Below are positions 43,401 through 52,416 of a DNA stretch of 52,539 nucleotides, one piece after another (positions within the stretch are counted from its first letter, which is position 1; every line of letters starts with the position of its first letter). The stretch comes from a virus (Duplodnaviria; Caudoviricetes). The stretch covers positions 1-52,539 of the IMG/VR virus record IMGVR_UViG_3300017700_000625; one strand, written 5' to 3'. The notes beneath the pieces were generated by a model, which was given only the letters and a program-made list of their open reading frames with translations, was not told the DNA's origin and made no database searches. The position numbers and the translations under genes were made by a program.

Positions 43401-45439
43401 TAGCGGTAAAGCTTCCCATTCGTGGTGAGCATCGCGGTGCGGCCCTCATAGTTCCCGGTTACGGGCAGGGTTGCGACGATTTCAACCGGCGCCAGGCCGG
43501 CGGCAAATGAGGCGATGGTGACGGCGCCGTCAGCGATAGTCGCAGCCGCGCCAGCTGTCGGAACAATGAAGTCCGCGCCGGTGGTTACGCTTTCGGTGCT
43601 GGAATATTCGGACGGCTTGATGAGGCCCTGATAGCGGGCGGTGATGTAATAATCAGTGCTGTTCGTGACGCCCTGGTCAACGGTCAGTTCATTGGCGAGC
43701 CCGTCGCCCGCCTCAATGGTCACCGAAGTGATGGGCGCGCCAATGCCAGACGTAATGAGAATTTGCGCGGTGCGGATGCGCGGGTCTGTCGCATTCGTCA
43801 GCGTGATTTTTATGGCCGGTAGTGTGGCGCCGCCGCCGGTGATGGTATCGGCCGCGCAAGTCAGCGTGGGCGCTTCGAAAAACACAAATTCAGCCTCATC
43901 CGTAGGCGCCGGCGGCCTCGAGATATCGGCGGCCATGTCCTCAGCCCATGCGACGTCTGACGGGTCGACCTCTTTTGAGGTCAACTGCACGAACATGCCG
44001 CGCACGCTGTTAGCCGAATATCCTGGCTTGATGACCTCGAATAGTTTTCCAGAAGGGAAGCGCCAGCTTACCCGCTCAAACCAGTCGCCATCCTCGAGTT
44101 CAGAAGCGGCAGGAACATAGCTTTCAGTGAGTCGCCCTTGGCGGCGCCGATCCTTTGCATGCAGCCAGACGAGGCGCTGGACTCGTTCCTCATCGGTGTC
44201 GACGTCAATATCAACGTCCTCTGGCAGTTCATCGCCGCCATCTGCCGCAAGCCATGCGGAGTCCTCGAGTTTCGGATATTCGATGGGCTGAAATCCTGAC
44301 GACGGGTCAGGGAAGGTGCCGCGGAACTGGTTGTAAAGTTCGCTGATGGAAAGCTTGTCTGAGTACGTCGACTGTTCGCCGCTGATTAGGTCATCATCAT
44401 ACAGCGTCATAACCGGCGTGCGCGCTTGCGGCCCGATGATGGAGATACGGCCGCCGCGATCGACAACGCGGCCAGCTTTCGCCCTGGCGCATTTTTGAAT
44501 GATGTTTTTGTGGGAGTCAGCGCCGCTGAAAATGGCGTTCAGTCGATAGCGGTCCTGATAGGTCACGCCATCCTTTTTCAGAACCTGTTCATCCGAAATA
44601 TCGGCTTCGGATTTGAAAATGTCGAAAGGCACTTGCCACGTTTTCAGGCCCGCGCCCCATGAATACATGGGCGCATCGGGATATGGGACCACGCCTAGAT
44701 TATAGTGATCTGCGAAAACGTCGGGGTTGTTCGAATATGTCCACGTATCGGGATCCGTGTGGCGATGATCGCCAACGCCGCCGGCGGTGTCATCCTCGCG
44801 CCGATCATACCAACGGCCGCCCCTAATGATGAATTCCGGTTCAACCGGAGTCAGCATCACGTCATCATCCCACTGCATTTCAACAATGGCGTAGGACACG
44901 CCGCGGCCGCGATGAAATGACGTCCAGTCAGGCTGATTGACGAGTGAGCGGCTAACTAGGTTTGCGTCTGCGGCCTGATCCCACCGCCCGTCATACCACG
45001 TGACCCACAGCCGCGCCGTGTCGGATCGATATGCCGTGATATCCTGGCGCACCCCATGAACTAGATTGGTGAGCACGCTTATTTTATTGACCAGAAAATT
45101 TAGCGCGCCCTCGCAGCGGTGGTCAGCCAGCGCGATAACGTCAATGAGATTGTTATTGCCGGCGCCGGTGACATAGCGGCCGACGCGCGAACCTGCTGTT
45201 TGACGCTCGCCCACGATGATCTGCCGCGGCGCATCTGACAGAATGGTGGTTTGCAGCAACTGGCCCGGGTTGTCGCGCGATGCAGCATCTGCAGCCAGTG
45301 CGCTGACGCCGTAGCTTATGGCGGCCGTGGCGCCGAGATAGACGGCCCCATAGGCCACCCACCATGCGGCAGTCGACGCATAGGCGCCGAGGGCGCCGAC
45401 GAATGCGTTAGCCGCTAGGACTGCAAGATATTGCGGCAT
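40418..45439 (-). CDS. Tail tip/host-specificity (J-like) protein fused to a modular fibre
   Basis: N-terminal tail-tip domain (PRQIIVG, HRGRGVSYA, YSNNP); repeats and three CBM-like modules. Confidence 0.88.
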   Translation of the reverse strand: MPQYLAVLAANAFVGALGAYASTAAWWVAYGAVYLGATAAISYGVSALAADAASRDNPGQLLQTTILSDAPRQIIVGERQTAGSRVGRYVTGAGNNNLIDVIALADHRCEGALNFLVNKISVLTNLVHGVRQDITAYRSDTARLWVTWYDGRWDQAADANLVSRSLVNQPDWTSFHRGRGVSYAIVEMQWDDDVMLTPVEPEFIIRGGRWYDRREDDTAGGVGDHRHTDPDTWTYSNNPDVFADHYNLGVVPYPDAPMYSWGAGLKTWQVPFDIFKSEADISDEQVLKKDGVTYQDRYRLNAIFSGADSHKNIIQKCARAKAGRVVDRGGRISIIGPQARTPVMTLYDDDLISGEQSTYSDKLSISELYNQFRGTFPDPSSGFQPIEYPKLEDSAWLAADGGDELPEDVDIDVDTDEERVQRLVWLHAKDRRRQGRLTESYVPAASELEDGDWFERVSWRFPSGKLFEVIKPGYSANSVRGMFVQLTSKEVDPSDVAWAEDMAADISRPPAPTDEAEFVFFEAPTLTCAADTITGGGATLPAIKITLTNATDPRIRTAQILITSGIGAPITSVTIEAGDGLANELTVDQGVTNSTDYYITARYQGLIKPSEYSSTESVTTGADFIVPTAGAAATIADGAVTIASFAAGLAPVEIVATLPVTGNYEGRTAMLTTNGKLYRYHSGAWTAEVPTVDLTGTVTGAQIAAAAIDNTKLASGLTTVEIVATLPVTGNFTGRTVMLTSDGKLYRYASGAFTSVVAAADITGAIATAQIATDAITAALIAAGAVGSSELAAGSVIAGKIAALSIVAGDIAAGAITAGKIAALSITAGDIAANAITTAKLAAGAVTATEIAALAITASKLAIGDTSNIFGDADMVEAANFVATTFSGSLSGTGLTTISKNRWISGAQNTGGTLTLAPASVEPSKPYYLMLGVGRDSATDNPTITVYADWYSMSNVGVLTFISSSTIGSVVATNQLHYLSNTFTSPSNARRVKLRMVVNATTANTVITAHSPTIRRAANGELIVDGSITAIKIAALTITANELAAGAVTAGKIAALSITAAEIAANTITTAKIAAAAITATEIAALAITASKLAITDSTSLVASPDFSDSAVWTRVGGAIYGTYETSGADVTALNAARVFRVTGAALADPATRYNYLYQRAYSSLVVPGKPYHASASYCVTTGFNGYIYLDIEWLDAAGSVISTSVIGFANYLTVAAASTVTGVFSGIASAPATAVKGYVRLIVDWSTDYATRNKGGTGSFAFPAMRRAANGELIVDGSITAAKIAALTITANEIAAGAIVASKITLADVTNYVRDDLFAEDSTCWSFVHFATSTSTEITGQLAASRGISVAGAGKTEGTNSTAMSASGYRAKVESGKSYRFAFSYRVSTGFTGIFAAYVQWYDQAGSAIGGITPVAAGTDYRYVAAVAAANGSVTGIAAAPSTAAYASIIILCAWSGAASGSLTNAGTGYAALPRLNRAASGELIVDGAITAAKISVSTLSAISADLGNITAGAIDLTSGSYVVRHGAGFGASSDLVLWYGLGSISRATATKTNGVFALATDGKVYYGSAELSSPVKVSIGSAINVVGSSGFTGNITVTATGGSGSYTYLWTKMPYEAGIAATLTNATTATVTVAASLSTGQDSTGRVQCVVRDSLGNTAVISQSYNFSKTS

Positions 45440-45880
45440 CTAGCCAACCCTCCACGCGGCAATCGCATGGCGCGACCTGATGAGAATTCCGCCCTCTGGC
45501 CCCATCACCATCGAGTCAACGCCAAGGCAAATTCCCAGCGTCAGCCCAAGGTCGCCGCGAAAAAGCAGAATGTCGCCGCGCCGATGAAGCTTCGGATTTA
45601 TGCGCGGCAAAAACGCATCTGCCACCGCGTCGACGTCGGCCCATCCCTGCGCGTCCATATAGGCGCGCGCGCTGACCTCATCGTGATACTTGCCGCGATG
45701 CCTGGCCGCGAAGTCTGCGCCGGTCTGCACCTCAACAGCGCCGGCGGCAGCGAGCACGCAATCGGACGCGCCCCAACTCATGGGCTGATAGCGCAGCAGC
45801 GCACAGAACTTCACTAGTTCCACATCCCAATTTCGGACGCGGACAAGATCAGCGATTTGCGGGATTTCGATTCCAGCCAC
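45440..45880 (-). CDS. Tail assembly NlpC/P60-like protein (DUF6950-like)
   Basis: WG.SDC.L.A...V...TG.D...RG.Y; RRGDI; start uncertain (GTG 45880 chosen). Confidence 0.8.
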   Translation of the reverse strand: MAGIEIPQIADLVRVRNWDVELVKFCALLRYQPMSWGASDCVLAAAGAVEVQTGADFAARHRGKYHDEVSARAYMDAQGWADVDAVADAFLPRINPKLHRRGDILLFRGDLGLTLGICLGVDSMVMGPEGGILIRSRHAIAAWRVG

Positions 45881-46538
45881 TTTGAACACCCCCGCCGGAA
45901 GAACCACCAGCGCCAGAGCTTGCACCCGTCTGAACCCACGTCCGATGCCATGGCAACTCACGGCCTAGCAGGCCCGGCGTATCTTGGAAGAAAGTATCAC
46001 CGGGGAAAAAGCGTTGCTGATTTTCGTCCGTTCGGGTCTGCACGTTCCGCCCTACGTATTGGAACGTCCCCGATTCTATCGTCAGAACAAGCGTGGGCGC
46101 GCTATTCTCTGACTCGGGGTTGTTCCGAAAATCCATGTTGCCCTCGAATGACATGAGGGGCGCGATCGGGGTCACGTGCGATGTTCCGACCACGAATTGC
46201 ACAAAGGTCAGACGCGCGCGCCGGCGATGCCAAACGGCATCAGAAAACCGGCCAACAAAATCGGTATCATCACTGGCGCGGCTGGCATCAAACGTGATGT
46301 TTATGGGTTCCGGCGTCAGGTCGGTTCCCATGGAAAGCGTTTCCTCGCCGGGTGTCCAGCGATCCGCCAACGGCTCATAGTCCCGCGTGACCCCATCGCC
46401 CACGTCATAGCTGATTGGAAAATAGAGGCTGCTGCAGTGCAGACTTTCGGTGTCCACGAACAGGTCAAGAAACGTCGCCAGTTCTATGCGGCCCGCGCGC
46501 AGTGCAGCCCTCTGAGTTGGTGAATAGTCGCGCGCCAC
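45849..46538 (-). CDS. Minor tail/hub protein (gpL-like)
   Basis: RTDENQQRFFPGDTFF; lies between Dit and the NlpC-like gene. Confidence 0.75.
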   Translation of the reverse strand: MARDYSPTQRAALRAGRIELATFLDLFVDTESLHCSSLYFPISYDVGDGVTRDYEPLADRWTPGEETLSMGTDLTPEPINITFDASRASDDTDFVGRFSDAVWHRRRARLTFVQFVVGTSHVTPIAPLMSFEGNMDFRNNPESENSAPTLVLTIESGTFQYVGRNVQTRTDENQQRFFPGDTFFQDTPGLLGRELPWHRTWVQTGASSGAGGSSGGGVQSGWNRNPANR

Positions 46539-46541
46539 GCC

Positions 46542-47156
46542 CTAGCCCCTGATGATCTGGTTTGCCGAAAAACTCACGCGCCGTTCGTCGGCCCGTTCGG
46601 TCGGCATGGCAAGGGGTAGGGTCAACTGGAACTCTGCCAACGCCCTGATGCGGCGCGGGGCCGCAAGGCTAGCATGCGGCTCAAATGGCGGCGGATAGAC
46701 CTTTAGGGCCGTCATGGCAGAGCCGGCGGCCGCTTTCGTTTCCATGGCCTGGCCGCACCAGTATCCACCGGCGGCGGTGTAAAAACTCAGCATGTCGCCT
46801 TTGGTGGCCGTCCAAGCGCCGGTCGACCCAAAGCTGACAGTTCTGGCTGCGCGGTCATATGCCGTGACGGTGAGGCCGACGTCAGACGCGACGGGGACGA
46901 TTCCATAGGGCATTGAATGGCGGCTGGCGAGGAAGGTTGAGGCCGCGCCCTGGCGATCGGTAAGGAACCCGTCAAAGGTCTGAAAATCGGGTCGCTCTAG
47001 CCAAGTGCTTATCACCTCGATTGCCCAGAACGGTTCGGCCATCATCGTGACCTGCGAGAAGCCGGAACGGGACATGCGCACGCCCTGCCGCTCATTCAGC
47101 CGCCACGGCATTTCATAAATATACAGTTCGGGGAGGATATCGCCGTCAGCCATCAC
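46542..47156 (-). CDS. Distal tail protein (Dit-like)
   Basis: Directly after tape measure; S.SG..Q....EPFW pattern. Confidence 0.7.
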   Translation of the reverse strand: MMADGDILPELYIYEMPWRLNERQGVRMSRSGFSQVTMMAEPFWAIEVISTWLERPDFQTFDGFLTDRQGAASTFLASRHSMPYGIVPVASDVGLTVTAYDRAARTVSFGSTGAWTATKGDMLSFYTAAGGYWCGQAMETKAAAGSAMTALKVYPPPFEPHASLAAPRRIRALAEFQLTLPLAMPTERADERRVSFSANQIIRG

Positions 47157-50100
47157 CTGCGCCTTTGCATGTCAGCCACTTTGCCCGCGATCACCTTGGG
47201 CAACATTCGCGCCTGTTCAACCTGCTGTTCCCGAATTTGGTTCAGCTGCTCTTGCGTTCCCACGTCGCCGGCCACGTTGATATCACCCATGCGGATGGTC
47301 GGCGGGGCCTCTGACATTTTTTCACTTCCGCTGATGCCCTTAAGCGCCATTTCGGGGGAGACGCTGCCCTTTTCAATGTAGAGGCCCGAACTGCCTGACC
47401 CCGTAATCGCGCCTAGACCCGTTGTGAGCGCGCCGGCAACGCCGTTGGCCGCCTGCCCACCCGCGACGGCCGCCAGTGATGCCGCCGCCGTCGTGGCCGC
47501 CGCAGCAAGCAGGTTTATGGCAACGGTGGCGGTTGTGGCTGAGGTCGCCTCAGCCGTCGCCGCCAGAGCCGCCTGCGATGCCGCAAGGTTCAGTTGGGTG
47601 ATGCCTGATCCCGTCCCGCTTCCGAACAGGTCACCAGCGAGCGCGCCAAGCGGGCTATTCTCGCCAAACAGCAGGTTCCCGAAGATTTCGCCCACGTCCA
47701 GAAACGCCTGCGAAAGTGCTTCCGCCGCCTTGTTGCGGATTACCTCTTTGAACGCCTCGCCCACGTTGCCGGATTGAACAGCTGCGGTGAGGCCTTCCGC
47801 GAAGGTCTGGCCGAAGAACCGGGCGGCGCCCTCTCTGGCGGCCTGGTCGGAAAGGTCGCTGCGCCCCTCGCGCCCCTGCGCGGCCGCATCTTTGATGCCC
47901 TGTCCAGCCTGCCGCGCTTCCTCTTGCGACAGGCCGGCATCGCGGCGCAACAGCGCCAGTTCTTTCAGCGCATCGCCAGCATAGCCCGCCTGGCGCGCTT
48001 CCTCTGCGAGTAGTTCAATCCGCTTGCGCGCTATGGCGGTGTCGCCCAGCGGCCCCTGCGACGTTCCCGCCTGCAGGCTGGCGAGTTCCTGCAGGCTGTC
48101 GGCCAGACGTTCCGCCGGCGTCATCATTTCATTGATGAGCGCGCCAACCTCGCTGAAATCATCCACCCACTGGCGCAGCGCGTCCCGCTTTTCCTGCTCT
48201 GCGAAGGCAAAGGCCGCCTCGAATGCGGCCGGATCGAATGCGGCGCCCGTGGCGATCAGGGCGCGCATGGTTTCGTTCAGGCCCTTGACCGTCTCGTCAT
48301 AGGTTTTGATTGCCTGCTGCTGTTCGGTGCCGACGCTGCGATATGCCTCGGTTGCGAGGCGCGCCAGTTCCTGCTGCGCCGTCTTCATGTCCTCTGGTTT
48401 GAGGATATCAGACAGCGCCGGAATCGCGTCCATCGCCGCCGGTATGTTTTTAAGTTCGCGGCCATAGTTGATGACCGCATCAAGGGCGGCCTTCGATTTG
48501 TTGCCGTCGATTGGGTCGGCCGCGCGCACGTCGGCAATGGCTTTGGCGAATTGCTCGCCCGCAGTGCGGAACTCATTCAGCGCCGTTCTGGTGATGATGC
48601 TGGCGCTGGCAATTTTCTTGAAATTCTTCTGGACGGCTACAGCGTCAGCATCGTTCAACAGGTCGCGCACTTCGGGGAATTGCGAGCGCGCCGCCGAAAG
48701 GTCAGTTTCTGCCAGGTTGTCCAAAAGGTTTTTGGTGATGGTGGATTTGAACGCGCCCGGCGTATTGGCAGAGCGCTGCGCGGCGATCGCGTCTTTGAAT
48801 TTCGCCAGCGCCTGTTCAGCCTCTGTCAGACCCTCACCGGCCTTTTTCCCACCCTCGCCCATATCGACAAGGCCAGCATTAACCGCCTCGATTCCGCGCT
48901 CGAGGATTGGGATAGTCTTGTCCAGCTGCAGCAGCTGCTGAACTGGCGACATTTCGCCAGCCCGGACGATGCCGCGGCCGGCGCCGAAGGTGAGGCCCCG
49001 CAGTGCGTCGCTTTCGACAATGCCTTGGCCCGGGTACTCAGTTTTCGTGATTTTCTTTTCCAGCTGATCGCGGCGCTTGCGCGCGTCATTCAGCGCCAAC
49101 TGTAGTTCAGTGCGCAGCTGGTCTTTGCGCGCCTCAGCCAGAGCGCTGACGGCCGCCGCCTGGTTTTCGGTCGCCCGCGTCAGCTGGTCGGTTCCGTCGG
49201 CGGCGTCGTGCGCGGCCTTGCTGACGTCGATATTGAGGCCAGCCACCAGTTCAAGGCCGGTCTGAATGCTGCGGGTCGCGCGCGCCGCCTCTATCGCCCT
49301 TGCGGTGAAGATGGCGAACGCCGCCGCCGTGGCGAGTAGCGCAACGCCAAGAGGCCCGCCGAAGAATGACAGAACGGCGCCGCCGGCCGCCGCGACAGTC
49401 GAACCGATGCGCCGCGCACCAGCCTGAATTCCCGTGGCCGATTGAGCATATTGCGCGGCCGTGCGCCCGACGGCCTCACTTAGTTGGCGCTGGCGCCTGA
49501 TGGCTTCATTCTCTGCGGTCCCGGCCTCGCGCAGTGCTTGCCGCGCAATCGCCAGGCTGTTGAGTTTGGTTGCGGTTCCGCCCCTTTCGAGGCCCTGCAC
49601 GACGGCGGCGGCGGCCGCCACCCGCTCCCGTGCGCGAACCGCTTCTAGTCCAGCATTGCGCAAATCCTCCTGAAGACTTTTCAGGCGCTTGTTCAGGCCT
49701 GACGACGGGTTGCCGCGCTCATTGATGCCCTGCACCGCGACCATCAGCGCGGTCATAAACACGCCAAGGCGCTGGATCCCCGCAGCGCCACCGCCCACGA
49801 TGCCAGCGCCAAGCCCGGCGGCGCCCAGAACTAGCAGCGCGTCGCCAAGTTCCTGCACGTTGTCCGCGACTAGCTCGAGGCCCTTTGCAAACCGCGCGCT
49901 GACGCCCAAGGCCTGGTCAGTGTTGCCGATATATTGAAGGATTGCGTTTTCAAGCTTCTGATAGGCCTGACCTACCGTCAGTTCAATTCCGCTGAATTCG
50001 GCTTCAATGGCCGACGCCTGGCCAGAGATTGCATCCGACACAAGCTTAGACGTCAGCGCGCCGGCCTCGCCCAACGCTTTCAGCTGTCCAACGTCGACGC

Positions 50101-50719
50101 CAAGCGCATCCGCCAGCAGGCGCGCGAACCGGGTGTTATTTTCCAAGAGGCTGCGGAGCTCATCGCCCTGCAACCGGCCGCTGCCCATCGCCTGCGCGAA
50201 CTGCAACATGGATGAGGCGGCCTCACTCGCGCTCGCCCCCGACAAAACCAGCGACTTTGAAAACGTGCTGGTGATGGAAAGCGCCTGTTCGTGGTTCAGG
50301 TCGCGCACGCTGTTGCGCAGGCGCAGGTAAAGCTGTGCTGTTTCGGTGATGCCGGCGCGGTTCTGCTGCGCCGTCACATAAAGGTCGCGCTGAACCCGCG
50401 TCAGGCTTTCGCTTTCGGTGATGACGTTGGCAATGCGGCCGCGAAGAAGCGTCATGGCGTCAGCGGCTTCAATCACGCCCTTGGCCACGGCGCCGATGGC
50501 AAATCCGCCACCCAACAGCGAAAGAGCCGAAACACTGCGGCGCAGCGTCGAGTCCAGTCGCTGCGCTGAACGGTCTGCTTTGTCGAACTCGCGCACCATG
50601 ACGCCGCCGGCGTTCCGCGCGCGCTGTTCCGTCTGCACAAGGCTGCGATTGACGCCCGATGTATTGGCGCGGATATCGATTTCAACGCCGCCGATGTTGA
50701 TGGTGTTTCCGTCAGCCAT
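47153..50719 (-). CDS. Tape measure protein
   Basis: 1188 aa Ala-rich; QFAQAMGSGRLQGDELRSLLEN. Confidence 0.95.
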   Translation of the reverse strand: MADGNTINIGGVEIDIRANTSGVNRSLVQTEQRARNAGGVMVREFDKADRSAQRLDSTLRRSVSALSLLGGGFAIGAVAKGVIEAADAMTLLRGRIANVITESESLTRVQRDLYVTAQQNRAGITETAQLYLRLRNSVRDLNHEQALSITSTFSKSLVLSGASASEAASSMLQFAQAMGSGRLQGDELRSLLENNTRFARLLADALGVDVGQLKALGEAGALTSKLVSDAISGQASAIEAEFSGIELTVGQAYQKLENAILQYIGNTDQALGVSARFAKGLELVADNVQELGDALLVLGAAGLGAGIVGGGAAGIQRLGVFMTALMVAVQGINERGNPSSGLNKRLKSLQEDLRNAGLEAVRARERVAAAAAVVQGLERGGTATKLNSLAIARQALREAGTAENEAIRRQRQLSEAVGRTAAQYAQSATGIQAGARRIGSTVAAAGGAVLSFFGGPLGVALLATAAAFAIFTARAIEAARATRSIQTGLELVAGLNIDVSKAAHDAADGTDQLTRATENQAAAVSALAEARKDQLRTELQLALNDARKRRDQLEKKITKTEYPGQGIVESDALRGLTFGAGRGIVRAGEMSPVQQLLQLDKTIPILERGIEAVNAGLVDMGEGGKKAGEGLTEAEQALAKFKDAIAAQRSANTPGAFKSTITKNLLDNLAETDLSAARSQFPEVRDLLNDADAVAVQKNFKKIASASIITRTALNEFRTAGEQFAKAIADVRAADPIDGNKSKAALDAVINYGRELKNIPAAMDAIPALSDILKPEDMKTAQQELARLATEAYRSVGTEQQQAIKTYDETVKGLNETMRALIATGAAFDPAAFEAAFAFAEQEKRDALRQWVDDFSEVGALINEMMTPAERLADSLQELASLQAGTSQGPLGDTAIARKRIELLAEEARQAGYAGDALKELALLRRDAGLSQEEARQAGQGIKDAAAQGREGRSDLSDQAAREGAARFFGQTFAEGLTAAVQSGNVGEAFKEVIRNKAAEALSQAFLDVGEIFGNLLFGENSPLGALAGDLFGSGTGSGITQLNLAASQAALAATAEATSATTATVAINLLAAAATTAAASLAAVAGGQAANGVAGALTTGLGAITGSGSSGLYIEKGSVSPEMALKGISGSEKMSEAPPTIRMGDINVAGDVGTQEQLNQIREQQVEQARMLPKVIAGKVADMQRRR

Positions 50720-51047
50720 CGGGTTTTCCCTTTTTCCGCTTCACGCCCAAGAATGTCATCAGGTTGCCGAAAATCTGGTCACCTGTCTGCGGGATAGTTG
50801 CGGGCTGAACCCGATCATCAGCGATCAGGGCCGCAAGCGTTTTGATTTTCTTCTGATGCGGAAGCCAGGCGGTGTTCCATGCCGTGGTCAGCGCCCACCG
50901 GCGCCGGTCACGCTGCACGCCCTTGATGGTGTGATTCACTTCGGCCGGGGTCATGCCCCAGAATTCGGACTCAGCTATGCCGCTTCCTGCCGCGTCTTCC
51001 AGAGCATAGCGAAGCCTGAGAAGAAACGAGAGAGGGGCGACTTTTTT
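50712..51047 (-). CDS. Tail assembly chaperone, -1 frameshift extension (gpGT-like)
   Basis: -1 frame from A_AAA_AAG reads KVAPL...AAGSGIAESEFWGMTPAE... without a stop to 50712. Confidence 0.85.
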   Translation of the reverse strand, partial: KKVAPLSFLLRLRYALEDAAGSGIAESEFWGMTPAEVNHTIKGVQRDRRRWALTTAWNTAWLPHQKKIKTLAALIADDRVQPATIPQTGDQIFGNLMTFLGVKRKKGKPDG

Positions 51048-51388
51048 CCGGGGGCCTTTGCAGCCTCCGCGCGCTCTTTCGCCAGTTCCTTCTGGAACTT
51101 TTGCGCAGCCTCAAAGCCGAGATATCCCCAGTTCCACGCGACTTCTAGCGCGTCTTTGGTTGGGAAGATGGCGGGGCTGGCCTCTATCACATCGTCGCGC
51201 GCGGGGCCGCCAGCGCACTCCACCATCATCGCGAGGTCGCGCAGGTTGTGCTTTTCAACAGCGATGGCTGCGCGCTTTTCGAAATCCTCGCCCCATGCGT
51301 CATGCAGCTTCAACAGTGACGCCCACGTGAAACGCAGGCGCCACTGTTGGCCGTTGACGGTGAGGTGAACGCCGTCTAGCGCGATCAT
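50975..51388 (-). CDS. Tail assembly chaperone (gpG-like)
   Basis: Between tail tube and tape measure; PGKK slippery site. Confidence 0.85.
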   Translation of the reverse strand: MIALDGVHLTVNGQQWRLRFTWASLLKLHDAWGEDFEKRAAIAVEKHNLRDLAMMVECAGGPARDDVIEASPAIFPTKDALEVAWNWGYLGFEAAQKFQKELAKERAEAAKAPGKKSPLSRFFSGFAMLWKTRQEAA

Positions 51389-51828
51389 TACGGCGTGGTC
51401 GTATAAACAGGAACGCCGGTCAGTTTGATGCTGACAGTGGCTTCCCAGACTTCACCGATCTGAACCGGGCGCGACATGGAGGTAATCAGCGCCTGGAACG
51501 TGCAGATTTCATCATCGCCATCCACCGCCGTGGCCGTGGCCTTGAAGTATTGCGCCACCCCGCCGACAGCATCGCGCAGCGCCTTATGCTGCGTGTCTTC
51601 AATGAGGTAGTTGATAACGAAAGAGCCTTCATCGGCTTCCTTGAACCCGCTTTTGAATTCACGAAAGTTGCCCGACGATGTGAAGGACGTAACGTCCACC
51701 TGATCGCTGGTGATGTTGCCGAGGTCGAACGACTTGACCTCTTTAACGGCGGTGTAGGTCGTTCCGCTATCTGCACTCAGAGCGAGTGCAAATGACGTGG
51801 TCATCATAACGGTTGCTTCAGCAGTCAT
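51388..51828 (-). CDS. Major tail (tube) protein
   Basis: VDVTSF.S...FREFKSG...GSF..NY; IKLTG.P. Confidence 0.9.
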   Translation of the reverse strand: MTAEATVMMTTSFALALSADSGTTYTAVKEVKSFDLGNITSDQVDVTSFTSSGNFREFKSGFKEADEGSFVINYLIEDTQHKALRDAVGGVAQYFKATATAVDGDDEICTFQALITSMSRPVQIGEVWEATVSIKLTGVPVYTTTP

Positions 51829-51832
51829 TAGC

Positions 51833-52270
51833 TCACGCTCCCACGTTTAACCGCAGCTGGATTATTTCCCCCGCCATCAATAAAGGATCATCGACGGGGG
51901 CGGCGATCGGCCCGGTAACGGTCGCCTGATAGTTGATTCCATCGTCATCGGCAAAGCGCGCGCCCCGGAAGCGGTCGCGGATTGCCATGGCAGCGGCGTT
52001 GATGGCGCTGTCATCGTTCGAATTCATTGGCAGGCGCCCATAGATGGACAGGCTGACGAGGGCGTCGCTGCGGCTCCTGCCGCTGAATGGGCTGATATCA
52101 TCCATCATCGTGGCGCGGCGGATGAGAACCGCCGGCAGAGTGCTGTATTCATAGCCCGCCGGTTTCGTGCGCGCGAAGATGGCCGCAGAGGCGCTGAACG
52201 TGTCCAGCAGCGCCGTGATGGGCGCGCCACCGGCGATGATAAAAGCGCGGATTCCCTGCATATAGTTCAT
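51833..52270 (-). CDS. Tail terminator protein
   Basis: 145 aa between the gp10-like gene and tail tube. Confidence 0.65.
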   Translation of the reverse strand: MNYMQGIRAFIIAGGAPITALLDTFSASAAIFARTKPAGYEYSTLPAVLIRRATMMDDISPFSGRSRSDALVSLSIYGRLPMNSNDDSAINAAAMAIRDRFRGARFADDDGINYQATVTGPIAAPVDDPLLMAGEIIQLRLNVGA

Positions 52271-52416
52271 CGCCTGGCCCCGATCTGAAAGGCCTTGATG
52301 AGCCGTTTGCGGCGCACCGGTTCCGTCATCAGGCGGCCAAGCGCGGGCCGCGGCTCAATCTTGTCGCTGCCCAACTCGAGTTCCGCCGCATGGCCGGCGC
52401 GGCTGGCGATCTGCGC
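52267..52416 (-). CDS. HK97 gp10-like neck protein, 3' part
   Basis: AQIASRAGHAAELELGSDKIEPRPALGRL...GARR*; its TGA overlaps the ATG of the next gene (ATGA). Confidence 0.85.
   Translation of the reverse strand, partial: AQIASRAGHAAELELGSDKIEPRPALGRLMTEPVRRKRLIKAFQIGARR

Noticed and set aside
50958-50969. Tenth operator copy CCAGAATTCGGA
   Set aside because: Two mismatches, and it encodes the conserved SEFW of the frameshifted chaperone
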